From positions 1,216,001 to 1,280,000 of the forward strand of contig OZ257156.1 in the NCBI GenBank assembly GCA_965279375.1: DNA of 64,000 nucleotides. The letters are read 5' to 3'. Each line of letters opens with the position of its first letter. Within the stretch, counting starts at the first letter, position 1. A program made the position numbers and the translations under genes. Under the pieces are notes generated by a model. That model saw only the letters and a program-made list of their open reading frames with translations. It made no database searches and was not told the DNA's origin. This document shows, one piece after another, positions 49,979 to 59,232 of this stretch. Source of the DNA: Gemmatimonas sp. GTDB lineage: Bacteria > Gemmatimonadota > Gemmatimonadetes > Gemmatimonadales > Gemmatimonadaceae.

Positions 49979-50899
49979 ATGAACGATGCGAGTGAGAGCC
50001 TTCAGACTGCGCCGGGAAGGCAACCTGTCTGCTTCGTCATCATGCCGATCTCAGATGTCGAGCCGTACCAGAAAGGTCACTTCCGGCGCGTGTATGAGCA
50101 TCTGATTCGACCGGCGTGCGTGCTTGCGGGAATGCAGCCAATCCGCGTTGATGATTCATTGCAGAGCGGTCATATCGTGCTGGAGATTCTGCGCCAGCTA
50201 TTGGAGGCCGATATGGCTATCTGTGACCTCAGCTCGCGTAACCCAAATGTCTTCTACGAACTTGGCGTCCGGCAGGCATTCGAGAAGCCCGTATGTCTCA
50301 TCAAGGACAGTCGTACCGAGCGAGTTTTTGACATTCAAGGCCTTCGAGATATCGAGTACGACGAGAGCTTACGCATCGATACCGTAGAACAAGTGATATC
50401 GCAGATCGCGCGCTCGCTTACGGAAACGCTATCTGCCCAAAGGTCGTCCGGTGAGGCCCAGGTCGGCTCCTTCGTTCAACTCCTTGGACTCCGCGCAGCT
50501 GCGCTTCCGCGGCCGACCGAAGTCTCAGCAGAAACGAGTCTCTTGCTCGATTCGATATCGGAGCTCTCGAGCAGGTTCGCCATGCTCGAGGAGTCAGTTA
50601 GGCGAGCGGCCGCTCCGAGAGGCGATTATCGCATCAACTCCACACCGCAGAGCATAGGAGAGGCCCTCGAGCAGCATGATCATCGACTTAGACGCAAGAG
50701 TCACCTTGAACTTGCGCGGCTGTACGAGTCTGGTACGCGAGTTCGGTCGCTCAAGTTCGGCGACGGAACCGTAGCGGAGCTGGATGTTCGAGGCCCAGAG
50801 CCGAAAGTACGCATAGACTTCGACGATGAGGCGGTGGGACGAAAGACAATGGTGCTTAGCCGCGCGCAACTGGATGTTATCGGCTTGGACGGCCTTTAG
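49979..50899 (+). CDS. Cassette: nucleoside 2-deoxyribosyltransferase-like domain fused to UvrD/PcrA-type C-terminal Tudor domain
   Basis: CFVIMP...ICDLSSRNPNVFYELG; C terminus GTRVRSLKFGDGTV...KVRIDF...G.KTMVLSRAQL. Confidence 0.75.
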   Translation: MNDASESLQTAPGRQPVCFVIMPISDVEPYQKGHFRRVYEHLIRPACVLAGMQPIRVDDSLQSGHIVLEILRQLLEADMAICDLSSRNPNVFYELGVRQAFEKPVCLIKDSRTERVFDIQGLRDIEYDESLRIDTVEQVISQIARSLTETLSAQRSSGEAQVGSFVQLLGLRAAALPRPTEVSAETSLLLDSISELSSRFAMLEESVRRAAAPRGDYRINSTPQSIGEALEQHDHRLRRKSHLELARLYESGTRVRSLKFGDGTVAELDVRGPEPKVRIDFDDEAVGRKTMVLSRAQLDVIGLDGL

Positions 50900-50911
50900 T
50901 CGGCCCGCGCC

Positions 50912-51022
50912 ATCTAACCTTGCGTTGCGCTTGACAGGGCCTCCAAGGATTGCGGCCTTGCTCGTTGCACTCGCCGGCCGCAACCTATGGGAGGGCCCTG
51001 CAAGCGAACGCCATCGTTAGGC
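50912..51022 (+). repeat. attC site
   Basis: ATCTAAC...GTTAGGC. Confidence 0.92.
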
Positions 51023-51181
51023 GGCGTTCTAGCCTACTGTGGAACAATGGAACCGGCGCGGCGGTAGGCTCTGTCGGCTCAGTGGTGCGTGCGTCGGCGC
51101 GCGGCGACGATGGCTAGGCAGGTGGCGTGGCACCCGAATGGGACCCGCCGTAGGCGAATCTCAATGCGGACGGAGCGACGG

Positions 51182-51694
51182 ATGCGGATCTCACGCGTGT
51201 GGTGCGGGCTCGGGTTGGTCGGAATCCTCACGTCGCCGGTGGCGGCGCAGGACCCCAACAGCGAAGGTGCGCTGGTCCCGGGGGCACGGGTCCGGTTCTC
51301 GGTCGTCGACCTCCAAAGTCCCGAGGCGTGGGCGGCCCGGCGCATGACGCTCAAGGGGACCGTGCTGTCGGCCCCGACCGATTCGCTCGTGATTCGCTAC
51401 GGCGGGGCGTCCGAGCTGAGTGTACGCCGCACGGCGATCACGGACCTGGCCGTGAGCCGGGGGACGGAGCCCGGCTGGCGCGCGCGCCCCGGCCGCACCG
51501 CGGTCCAAGTGGCCCTGACGCTGGCGCAAACCGCCCTCCTCGTGCGTGCCTTGCAAACGCGCGCCGACGCGAGCCCCTCGGCGCGGCGCTCGCCGCTCGT
51601 GCCGCTGATGGCGGGCACGCTCACCCTCCAAACCGCGCTCACCGCGAAGCTCGCGTTTGGACGGACAGAACGCTGGGAGCCCGTGGTACCCTAA
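51182..51694 (+). CDS. Cassette: secreted/membrane hypothetical protein
   Basis: Signal peptide (..VAAQ), PGARVR..GT...DSLVI..L.VSRG, ERWEPV. Confidence 0.7.
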   Translation: MRISRVWCGLGLVGILTSPVAAQDPNSEGALVPGARVRFSVVDLQSPEAWAARRMTLKGTVLSAPTDSLVIRYGGASELSVRRTAITDLAVSRGTEPGWRARPGRTAVQVALTLAQTALLVRALQTRADASPSARRSPLVPLMAGTLTLQTALTAKLAFGRTERWEPVVP

Positions 51695-51729
51695 GGCTCG
51701 GCGCGCGTGGGCGCATCGACAGGAACGCC

Positions 51730-51839
51730 GCCTAACCTTGCGTTGCGGCAGACGGGGCCTTCAAGGATTGCCGACGGTTCGCTGCGCTCACTGTCGGCAT
51801 CCTATTGAAAGGCCCCGCTACCGAACGCGATCGTTAGGT
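51730..51839 (+). repeat. attC site
   Basis: GCCTAAC...GTTAGGT. Confidence 0.92.
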
Positions 51840-52009
51840 CGCATCGCAGCATAGTCTCGACGAATACGACTGTACCCACCTAGTGCGCGGTACGAGTAGA
51901 CATGACGTCTGGACTCATCGAGTCTCGGGCGATGTCCAGAGAGAATTCTGGGACAGGAACCGTTGTATGGAGCGAATTCGAGCTACCGACTCGTAGGGAG
52001 AATCGACCA

Positions 52010-52588
52010 ATGAAAGCCGCAGTACAGCTCGCATGGGTGGGCCTGATCCTTATCAGTACTCCGCTGGCTGTCACTCTGCGGAAAAGGACCGTTCGCGCTA
52101 CGACGCTGGCCGGCGCAGTCGCCGCGATCGATAGCGTCCATGACTGGTCGAAATGGATGGCGGGCATCCAGACAGCAGCACTCGCGGGGCTGAGCTTCTT
52201 CGTCTTCGGTAAGGACAGTCCAAAGCCGATCGAACTCTCTGGGTTCGGTCTGTTCTACGCGCTCGCAGCCTACGTCTTCCTAGGCTCAGCGCTTCTAGTC
52301 AGCGCATGGGTCCTTTCGTCGACGTCCTCCTTAGTCCTGCGGGCGCACGCTGAGGTAGCCACTGCATCGGCCGCCCGGCCCTCGTCAAGCAAACCTGACC
52401 CCGACTTTCTGACTAGGACGCAACAAGCCGGCGAACCGGTTCTAGCAGATCTCGACGTGTTCGAGCAGCCGATATATGCGGCCTACCCCTGGCCTCACCT
52501 CGGCTACATCCTAACGTTACAGCACGCGCTCTGGGCCGAAGGCCTTATCTGCGCAGCCCTCTTGGTCGGTTGGAGGCTCCTTGAATGA
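52010..52588 (+). CDS. Cassette: membrane hypothetical protein
   Basis: GGGAG RBS; about 4 TM segments. Confidence 0.65.
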   Translation: MKAAVQLAWVGLILISTPLAVTLRKRTVRATTLAGAVAAIDSVHDWSKWMAGIQTAALAGLSFFVFGKDSPKPIELSGFGLFYALAAYVFLGSALLVSAWVLSSTSSLVLRAHAEVATASAARPSSSKPDPDFLTRTQQAGEPVLADLDVFEQPIYAAYPWPHLGYILTLQHALWAEGLICAALLVGWRLLE

Positions 52589-52790
52589 GCCTAGTTGCAC
52601 GTTGTAGTTGGCGCCGGTAACGCCACCTCTGCGACTGACGATCCACCGAGAGAATGGCCTGTGATGACGCGACTGAGGAGCCGACAAACTGGTGCCTCTC
52701 AGGGCACCCGTTGGACTGGATGCGTTGCGCTCGCTCGCGCACAAATCGAAAGCGGCGCCCCAATCCAACAGCGGTATCGCTGTGAATGCG

Positions 52791-52909
52791 ACCTAACCTT
52801 GCGTTGGTGCAGTCAGCCGCTCAGCGGTGCGCCGTGTAACTTCGGCGCTGGCGCACCTCCGTTCACGGCTTCCTATTTGAGCGGCTGCTGCACAACGCCA
52901 TCGTTAGGC
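52791..52909 (+). repeat. attC site (minor 119-bp type)
   Basis: ACCTAAC...GTTAGGC; near-identical to 33206-33324. Confidence 0.9.
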
Positions 52910-52995
52910 GCCACTCCACCCTTCGTGGCTCCTGCTTCGAACGTAGATGCTCCGGTCGTCGTACGCGCTGCGATTTCACGCCAGCCAGAGATCCG

Positions 52996-53784
52996 ATGTC
53001 CGCTACGCCAACCGGTTCTCAGGCCGCGATCCCGGCGCCGCCCACCACGACGCGGCCGACGGGGCGCGACGCGCACTATCTGTGGACCACGCTCGCCCTC
53101 GCGCTCGCGACCTTCGGCGGCTTCTGGTTCACGTACTTCGGCCCGCGCCTTGAGGGGACGTATCCGACGACCGCGGTCGCCGTGCATGTCCACGGCTGGA
53201 GCTTCTTCGGCTGGTATCTGCTGCTGCCGCTCCAGGCCGCGTTCATGCACACGCGGCGGGTGCAGCTGCATCGCACCCTCGGGTGGGCGAGCGTCGGGCT
53301 CGCGACCCTGATGGTCACCACGGGGCTCCTCGTCATCGGGGTGCAAATGCAGGCGGCGGCGTCGGCGGCGGAGCCCACGTTCTTCGCGCTCTTTGGCCCG
53401 ATGATCTTCGCCACGCTCCTGCTGTTCGCCGGGTTCTACGGGGCGGCGCTGCGGCTGCGGCGCAACGGGGCCTACCATAAACGCTTCATGCTGGTCGCCA
53501 GCGCCGCGGGCATGGGCGCCGCGATGTTTCGCTTGGTCGGCGCGCTGGTCGGCCAAGTCCTCTGGGCTGCGCCGGTCGGGATCCTCGCGACGAACCTGTT
53601 CCTGGTCTGGGGCATCGCCCACGATTATCGCCGCGACCAGCGCGTGCACCCGGCGTATCAGATCGGGTTCGCGGTCTGTATCGCGCTAGAAGCGGGGGCG
53701 TGGTTGCTGACGCCGACGCCGGTCGGCGCGGCGCTCGCGCGGGCCTTGGCGTGGGTGGGGCGCATCGGCGCGGGCTGGTACTAG
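52996..53784 (+). CDS. Cassette: multi-pass membrane protein with conserved His residues
   Basis: HVHG..F..W..L...Q, HRTLG, HKRFML, VHP. Confidence 0.8.
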   Translation: MSATPTGSQAAIPAPPTTTRPTGRDAHYLWTTLALALATFGGFWFTYFGPRLEGTYPTTAVAVHVHGWSFFGWYLLLPLQAAFMHTRRVQLHRTLGWASVGLATLMVTTGLLVIGVQMQAAASAAEPTFFALFGPMIFATLLLFAGFYGAALRLRRNGAYHKRFMLVASAAGMGAAMFRLVGALVGQVLWAAPVGILATNLFLVWGIAHDYRRDQRVHPAYQIGFAVCIALEAGAWLLTPTPVGAALARALAWVGRIGAGWY

Positions 53785-53865
53785 GGTCGCGACACCGCCC
53801 GCGTGCGCCGGCCGCGCGCGGACTATCAACACCCCCGCGTGGTGGGAGCGTGTCCTAGTCGTGGC

Positions 53866-53976
53866 GCCTAACCTTGCGTTGCGCATGACAGGGCCGCGTC
53901 GGATGGCGGCCTGTTCGCTGGCGCTCACTGGCCGCAATTTATGGAAGGGCCCTGCAAGCGAACGCGCTCGTTAGGT
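53866..53976 (+). repeat. attC site
   Basis: GCCTAAC...GTTAGGT. Confidence 0.92.
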
Positions 53977-54202
53977 CGCTTAGCGCCATTTCGGATCATC
54001 GTCGGAGCAGGTGTTGCGCGGGCAACGACTGCGAACTCCCCCACCTACCAAGTGTGATCCTCCGCTTCGACCCGAGTGGCACCGCCCTCAGCTTGGCGAA
54101 GAGCGCTCGAATCTGTAGCATTGATGCCAGCGCGCATCGAATTCGTCGTAGACCGCCAGCGCCATCCATCGGCCAACAAGACCCACAAAGCAACCTGGAT
54201 CA

Positions 54203-55309
54203 ATGTCTCTTCAAGACCAGATCAACACGGTTCGAGCTCAGGTCCGAACTGACGGATACCCCGTTTCGATCGGCGAATGGATCAGCATCTATGAGAAGAG
54301 CGAAGTCGATATCCATCCGGAGTTTCAGCGATTCTTCCGCTGGTCTGTAAAGCAGAAGTCTCGTCTGATTGAGTCCATCCTCCTGGGCATACCAATTCCG
54401 CAGGTTTTCGTCGCGCAACGACCAGATGGAGTCTGGGATGTCGTTGATGGCGTGCAGCGCCTCTCGACCATCTTTCAGTTTGCCGGCATCCTGCGGAGCG
54501 AAGATGGCTCGGTCCTTCCACCACTCGTCTTAGAATCGACTAAGTACCTACCAGCTCTCGCTGGAAAGCGGTGGGAGGATGAAGCACATCCAGAGCAAGC
54601 ATTTACGGCGGCGCAGCGCCTCATCGTGAAGCGCTCGAAGATCGATGTGAGCATCATCCTCCATGAGAGCGACGACTCCGCAAAATACGAACTCTTCCAA
54701 CGGCTTAACGCCGGCGGGTCGCAGCTCTCAGATCAAGAGCTACGCAACAGCATTATCGTGATGCTAAATCGCGACTTCTACGCATGGATGGAGAATCTCG
54801 CGAAAGACGCGAACTTCCTCGAGTGCGTCGGCCTTTCCGATCGCGCGATGGAGGAACGATACGAGATGGAGCTCGTACTTCGATTCATCGCGCTCCGAAC
54901 CGCTACGCAATCAACTCTCTCAAGTCTTGGAGACCTTGGGGAGTTCCTCACGGCGAGTGCAGCGTCTCTCGCTCAGGACAAGGAGTTCGATAGAGCCGGA
55001 GAAGAGGCGGCATTTCGAGAGACGTTTGCAATTCTCTCAAAAGAACTCGGCTCTGATTCGTTTCGCCGCTTCGAGAAGGCAAGAAGTCGCTTCCTCGGCG
55101 GATTCTCGGTATCCGCGTATGAGGCAGTGGCACTTGGCATCGGCTACAACTCAAAGATCATTGGCGAAGAGCCAGTTGAGATCGTCACCAAGACTCAGTC
55201 AATCTGGAGTAACTCGGAGTTCATCTATAATTCCGGATCCGGAATTCGTGCTTCAACTCGAATTCCGAAGATCGTTCCATTTGGGCGTAAACTGTTCGCG
55301 CCATCATGA
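54203..55309 (+). CDS. Cassette: DUF262 (GmrSD N-terminal/ParB-like) protein
   Basis: PEFQRFFRW, LIESILLGIPIP, VVDGVQRL, FQRLN. Confidence 0.9.
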   Translation: MSLQDQINTVRAQVRTDGYPVSIGEWISIYEKSEVDIHPEFQRFFRWSVKQKSRLIESILLGIPIPQVFVAQRPDGVWDVVDGVQRLSTIFQFAGILRSEDGSVLPPLVLESTKYLPALAGKRWEDEAHPEQAFTAAQRLIVKRSKIDVSIILHESDDSAKYELFQRLNAGGSQLSDQELRNSIIVMLNRDFYAWMENLAKDANFLECVGLSDRAMEERYEMELVLRFIALRTATQSTLSSLGDLGEFLTASAASLAQDKEFDRAGEEAAFRETFAILSKELGSDSFRRFEKARSRFLGGFSVSAYEAVALGIGYNSKIIGEEPVEIVTKTQSIWSNSEFIYNSGSGIRASTRIPKIVPFGRKLFAPS

Positions 55310-55950
55310 TCCGGACAGGCGAACAGCTAGATGATGCAATTGCCGCCGACCTTATTTGGCGCAAGAAGGAGTTGTCCGCGCTTCGTGCGCTTGTGCAAGG
55401 GAGCGCTACTGCGCCCGAGCGTCATCGAGCGTTACTGAGATCAGCTGTGGCGATCCTATACGCTAACTGGGAAGGGTTTGTTCGCTCAGCTGCCTGCTCG
55501 TACTTGGAGTACGTCGCGTTCCAGCGATTGAAGTACGCCGAGCTTGCACCAAGCTTTGTGGCGTTGGCCGCCAAGAAACTATTCCGCGCAGGTGACGACT
55601 CGCGGCGAATTCAAGCCCACGTGAAGGTGACTGAGTTCTTCCGCAATCACCAGAACGACAGAGCCGTCGTACCGTATAAGGAGGGGATCTCGACGGAATC
55701 GAATCTGTCTTCCGAGGTCCTTGAGAACATCGTTTGCACACTCAGTCTCGATTATTCACTGTTCGAGCTCAAGCGACACATTGTTGATTCACTACTCGGC
55801 AAGCGCAATGCGATTGCGCACGGAGAGTATGCGACCGTCGACCTCGCAGACTTCGAAACCCTGTATGCTGAGATGACTGGCATGCTCGAACTCTTTCGAA
55901 ATGCGATTTCGAACGCCGCTAGCTCGGACTCGTACCGCAGGGCAGCGTAA
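55306..55950 (+). CDS. Cassette: MAE_28990-like HEPN nuclease
   Basis: WRKKEL, LYANWEGF, TESNL, RNAIAHGE; ATGA overlap with the DUF262 gene. Confidence 0.88.
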   Translation: MIRTGEQLDDAIAADLIWRKKELSALRALVQGSATAPERHRALLRSAVAILYANWEGFVRSAACSYLEYVAFQRLKYAELAPSFVALAAKKLFRAGDDSRRIQAHVKVTEFFRNHQNDRAVVPYKEGISTESNLSSEVLENIVCTLSLDYSLFELKRHIVDSLLGKRNAIAHGEYATVDLADFETLYAEMTGMLELFRNAISNAASSDSYRRAA

Positions 55951-55972
55951 GCAGGCTTAGGCTCGGGGCGCG

Positions 55973-56082
55973 ACCTAACCTTGCGTTGCTGCTGACAAGG
56001 CCTTCAAAGTAGCGGCCTTGCTCGCTGCGCTCGCTGGCCGCAACGTTTGGAAGGGCCTTGCAGCAGAACGCGAGCGTTAGAC
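55973..56082 (+). repeat. attC site
   Basis: ACCTAAC...GTTAGAC. Confidence 0.92.
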
Positions 56083-56116
56083 CGTGCACCAACATTCTCT
56101 CAATCGGCTGTCTCTC

Positions 56117-56644
56117 ATGTCTCCATGGTCGTCTCTTCGAGCGCTCTGCTTGACGACGATGCTTCCAAGTGCTGCGTACGGTCAGCTCCAGCTGCATCCG
56201 CCCTCGGATAGTCTGACCGTGGAATTCGCGTCGGTGGCAGCCTTCGAGATCGTGGCATCCCATCTGGCCCGCGCCGCGCAGGGCCAACGACAGGCCTGGG
56301 TCATCTCAGTGCCGGCGCAGCCCGCGACGGCGCGCTGGACGCGCTTGGCGACGCATCTGCGGGTCGCACTCGCCGCACGCGATACGACCCCGCAGGACTC
56401 GATCCGGATGACGCTCGAGATTGCGCCGGTGCGGGTGGTCGGCGATACCCTCATCGGCGGGATTCATCTCGGGCGGCTGCAACGCTGTGCGGGGACGTGG
56501 CGGGCGAACAGCACCCGCTACGATGTGCGCGTGCTGGGGCAGACGGGCTCGGTCGGTAGTCCGGAGGTCTCGTGGGAGAGTGAGTCCTACTCGGCGCCGT
56601 GCGTGGCCGCCCCGGCCCGAAAGCGTCCTGCTCCGAGCGCGTAA
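56117..56644 (+). CDS. Cassette: secreted hypothetical protein
   Basis: Signal-like N terminus (..AAYGQ); only ORF filling the cassette. Confidence 0.6.
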   Translation: MSPWSSLRALCLTTMLPSAAYGQLQLHPPSDSLTVEFASVAAFEIVASHLARAAQGQRQAWVISVPAQPATARWTRLATHLRVALAARDTTPQDSIRMTLEIAPVRVVGDTLIGGIHLGRLQRCAGTWRANSTRYDVRVLGQTGSVGSPEVSWESESYSAPCVAAPARKRPAPSA

Positions 56645-56743
56645 GGTACTGCTGCCTCGAGGGCACGCGGTCGGTGCGTGCGGTTTCCGGTGAGCGCGTG
56701 CCACCGGACAGGCTCGGGGGGCCCAGAATCGGAGGGCTGCACG

Positions 56744-56856
56744 GTCTAACCTTGCGTTGCGCTTGACAGGGCCTTCAAGGACTGCGGCCTATTGCTCGCT
56801 GCGCTCGCTGGCCGCATCCTGTTGAAGGGCCCTGCAAGCGAACGCGAACGTTAGCG
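56744..56856 (+). repeat. attC site
   Basis: GTCTAAC...GTTAGCG. Confidence 0.92.
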
Positions 56857-56882
56857 AGCAACTACATCTGAGCTGCGTCAGA

Positions 56883-57275
56883 ATGCCAATTTCGCTCGTT
56901 GTCCTGTCGCTGTTCCAGCTGTCGGTAGCGCGGGTCGACTCGTGTCCGCCCACGCCAGCCACCGGCCGGGCACCCGCGTGGTTCGAGTTTCAGGTCGACC
57001 GTCCGGCGCGATGGAGCGGGTCTGACTCAACACTCCCGTATCCGGACACCTCGCTCGCGGGGCGCGATCTATTCTTCGAAGATCTCGCCTTGGTTCAGTT
57101 CATTGTCGACACGGCGGGGGTTCCAGTGTCTCAATCGCTGAGGGTCCTTCGGCGTCCGGACAGTCTCACAGTCGCGACTGTGCGCGCCTCCCTCTCGCGT
57201 TGGCGCTACGAGCCAGCGATCGCGCTCACTTGCAAGGTGCCGCAGCTAGTCCAGACGTCACTAAGATGGAGATAG
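56883..57275 (+). CDS. Cassette: TonB C-terminal-like protein
   Basis: FEFQVDRPA, YP, VQFIVDTAG, WRYEPA, V.QLVQ. Confidence 0.7.
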   Translation: MPISLVVLSLFQLSVARVDSCPPTPATGRAPAWFEFQVDRPARWSGSDSTLPYPDTSLAGRDLFFEDLALVQFIVDTAGVPVSQSLRVLRRPDSLTVATVRASLSRWRYEPAIALTCKVPQLVQTSLRWR

Positions 57276-57393
57276 GTCGTGAACCAGGCGGAGCTAACGA
57301 TCTGTTGCGCGAACTGCCTCCTTGTGTGATCGCCATTTGATGGTCGCACGCACAATGCGCCCGATTCCCCCTGCATCCCCAAGTTGCGATTCC

Positions 57394-57879
57394 ATGGCCG
57401 AACAGATTCAAGTGGCGCTAATTGCGGTTGGCGGTGTGGTTGTCGGGAGCATTCTTAACGCGGTCGTGCAGTTCTTCGTTACCCGCCAGATGCTTCGAGC
57501 GGAGCGAGAAAGGCTGCGTGACCAACTGAACGGCGAATTCCGGTTGCGCATGCTCGAACGTCGGACCGATCGCGCGATCGACATCGTGGCCGAGTTAGTA
57601 ACGATCTCCGACCCGGTCATCAACCAAGAGATCGACTACGCCACTGCCATTCGCCTAGTCCACAGGGTGCAGTTGCTCTTGGATCGAAAGAACCCACTGG
57701 AAGGAAAGCTAAATGATCGAATCAACGCGCTCGGACTAGCCCTCGCCGAACACACGAACTCCCCGGATGCGGGTATGGTACCCGAGCGGCTGCGCGGAGC
57801 CAGTCTGATGCAGGTACATGGCGAAGTAATTGATGCGATGCAGGCAGTCGTGGTCGCGACGGGATCCGTTGCTCGCTAA
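57394..57879 (+). CDS. Cassette: N-terminally anchored helical hypothetical protein
   Basis: One TM (ALIAVGGVVVG) plus coiled coil; stop lies in the attC. Confidence 0.65.
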   Translation: MAEQIQVALIAVGGVVVGSILNAVVQFFVTRQMLRAERERLRDQLNGEFRLRMLERRTDRAIDIVAELVTISDPVINQEIDYATAIRLVHRVQLLLDRKNPLEGKLNDRINALGLALAEHTNSPDAGMVPERLRGASLMQVHGEVIDAMQAVVVATGSVAR

Positions 57880-57984
57880 CAGTGCGTTGCTGCAGTCGGC
57901 GGCTTCAAGGATTGCGGCCTTGCTCGCGATGCTCGCCGGCCGCAACCTATTGAAAGCCGCCGCTGCAGAACGCAATCGTTAGGT
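57874..57984 (+). repeat. attC site
   Basis: CGCTAAC...GTTAGGT. Confidence 0.92.
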
Positions 57985-58079
57985 GGCCCACTGGCTTTCG
58001 TGGTACGTTGCGCGCGGGTTACTCCTCGTCCTGACATCCAGCGTCGTTCATCCCGAGCAACATCCCGCGCGAGACCCCC

Positions 58080-59027
58080 ATGGCGATCCCTTCAACGCTG
58101 CTCGTCGCCTGCTGGGATGATGGGGTGCACGTCTTCGACGGGGCGGACCGTCGACACGAACTCGCCGGGCGCGGCGTGCGGGGCCTCGCCCGCGACGCGG
58201 CCGGTCGCGCGCTGGCCCTGGTGGATGGCCAGTCGCTGTGTTGCCGCACCGCGCCCGGCGCATGGACCGTCCTCGCCCAGAGCGACGTTTCGCTGGCGTG
58301 TGTGCTGGCCGTCGGCGCGCGGGTCTACGTCGGGACCGATGACGCGCGCGTGCTCCAGCTGAGCGACACCGGCGTGCTCGAGCCCCTCGCGAGCTTCGAC
58401 GATGTGCCGGGGCGGTCGTCGTGGTTCGCCGGCGGCGCGTGGGTGGATGGCGTGTGGATGGGCCCGCCCCTTGGCGTACGCTCCCTCACGGCCACCGCCG
58501 ACGGGACGGCGCTCTTGGCGAACGTGCACGTGGGCGGCATTCCGCGATCCGGCGATGGGGGCGCCACGTGGCACGCCACAATTGCGGTCGAGTGCGACGT
58601 GCATCAAGTCCTCGCCCATCCTACAGATCCCGACCTCGTCATTGCCGCGACGGCGCGGGGCCTCGGCGTGAGTCGGGACCGGGGGCAGACGTGGACGATT
58701 GAGACCGCGGGCCTCACCGCGCCCTACTGCAGCGCGGTGCGGTTCGTGGGCGCGGACGTGCTCGTGTCGGCGTCCGCCGACCACTTTGCGCCAGACGGTG
58801 GCGTCTATCGCCGTCCCAGCGCCTCGCTCGGGGCACTGGTTCCGGTACACGCGGGGTTCCCGCGCGCCACGGCCGGCATCGTCGACACCGGCTGCATGGA
58901 CACGCACGCCGCGACCGTCGCCATCGCCGATCACGGCGGCAATGTTTACGTGTCGACAGACGATGGCGGTACGTGGGCGGTCCGTGCCCGTGGGCTGTCG
59001 GCGCCGAGTAGTGTGCTCGTCCTCTGA
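58080..59027 (+). CDS. Cassette: BNR/Asp-box beta-propeller protein
   Basis: SGDGGATW, SRDRGQTW, STDDGGTW. Confidence 0.85.
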   Translation: MAIPSTLLVACWDDGVHVFDGADRRHELAGRGVRGLARDAAGRALALVDGQSLCCRTAPGAWTVLAQSDVSLACVLAVGARVYVGTDDARVLQLSDTGVLEPLASFDDVPGRSSWFAGGAWVDGVWMGPPLGVRSLTATADGTALLANVHVGGIPRSGDGGATWHATIAVECDVHQVLAHPTDPDLVIAATARGLGVSRDRGQTWTIETAGLTAPYCSAVRFVGADVLVSASADHFAPDGGVYRRPSASLGALVPVHAGFPRATAGIVDTGCMDTHAATVAIADHGGNVYVSTDDGGTWAVRARGLSAPSSVLVL

Positions 59028-59061
59028 CGGCGCACGCGGCGAGGAGTTTGGCGGCACGGCC

Positions 59062-59172
59062 ACCTAACCTTGCGTTGCGCTTGACAGGGCCGTCAAGGAT
59101 GGCGGCCTGTTCGCTGGCGCTCACTGGCCGCAATTTATGGTAGGGCCCTGCAAGCGAACGCGATCGTTAGCC
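59062..59172 (+). repeat. attC site
   Basis: ACCTAAC...GTTAGCC. Confidence 0.92.
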
Positions 59173-59232
59173 AGCGCGACTGGTCCACTCACAATGTCAG
59201 TCTCACATTCAGCGCGATCCGGAACTACGCCA

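Noticed and set aside
52589..52790. Possible decayed attC after the 52010-52588 gene
   Set aside because: Only a few bases resemble the left arm; no colinear match
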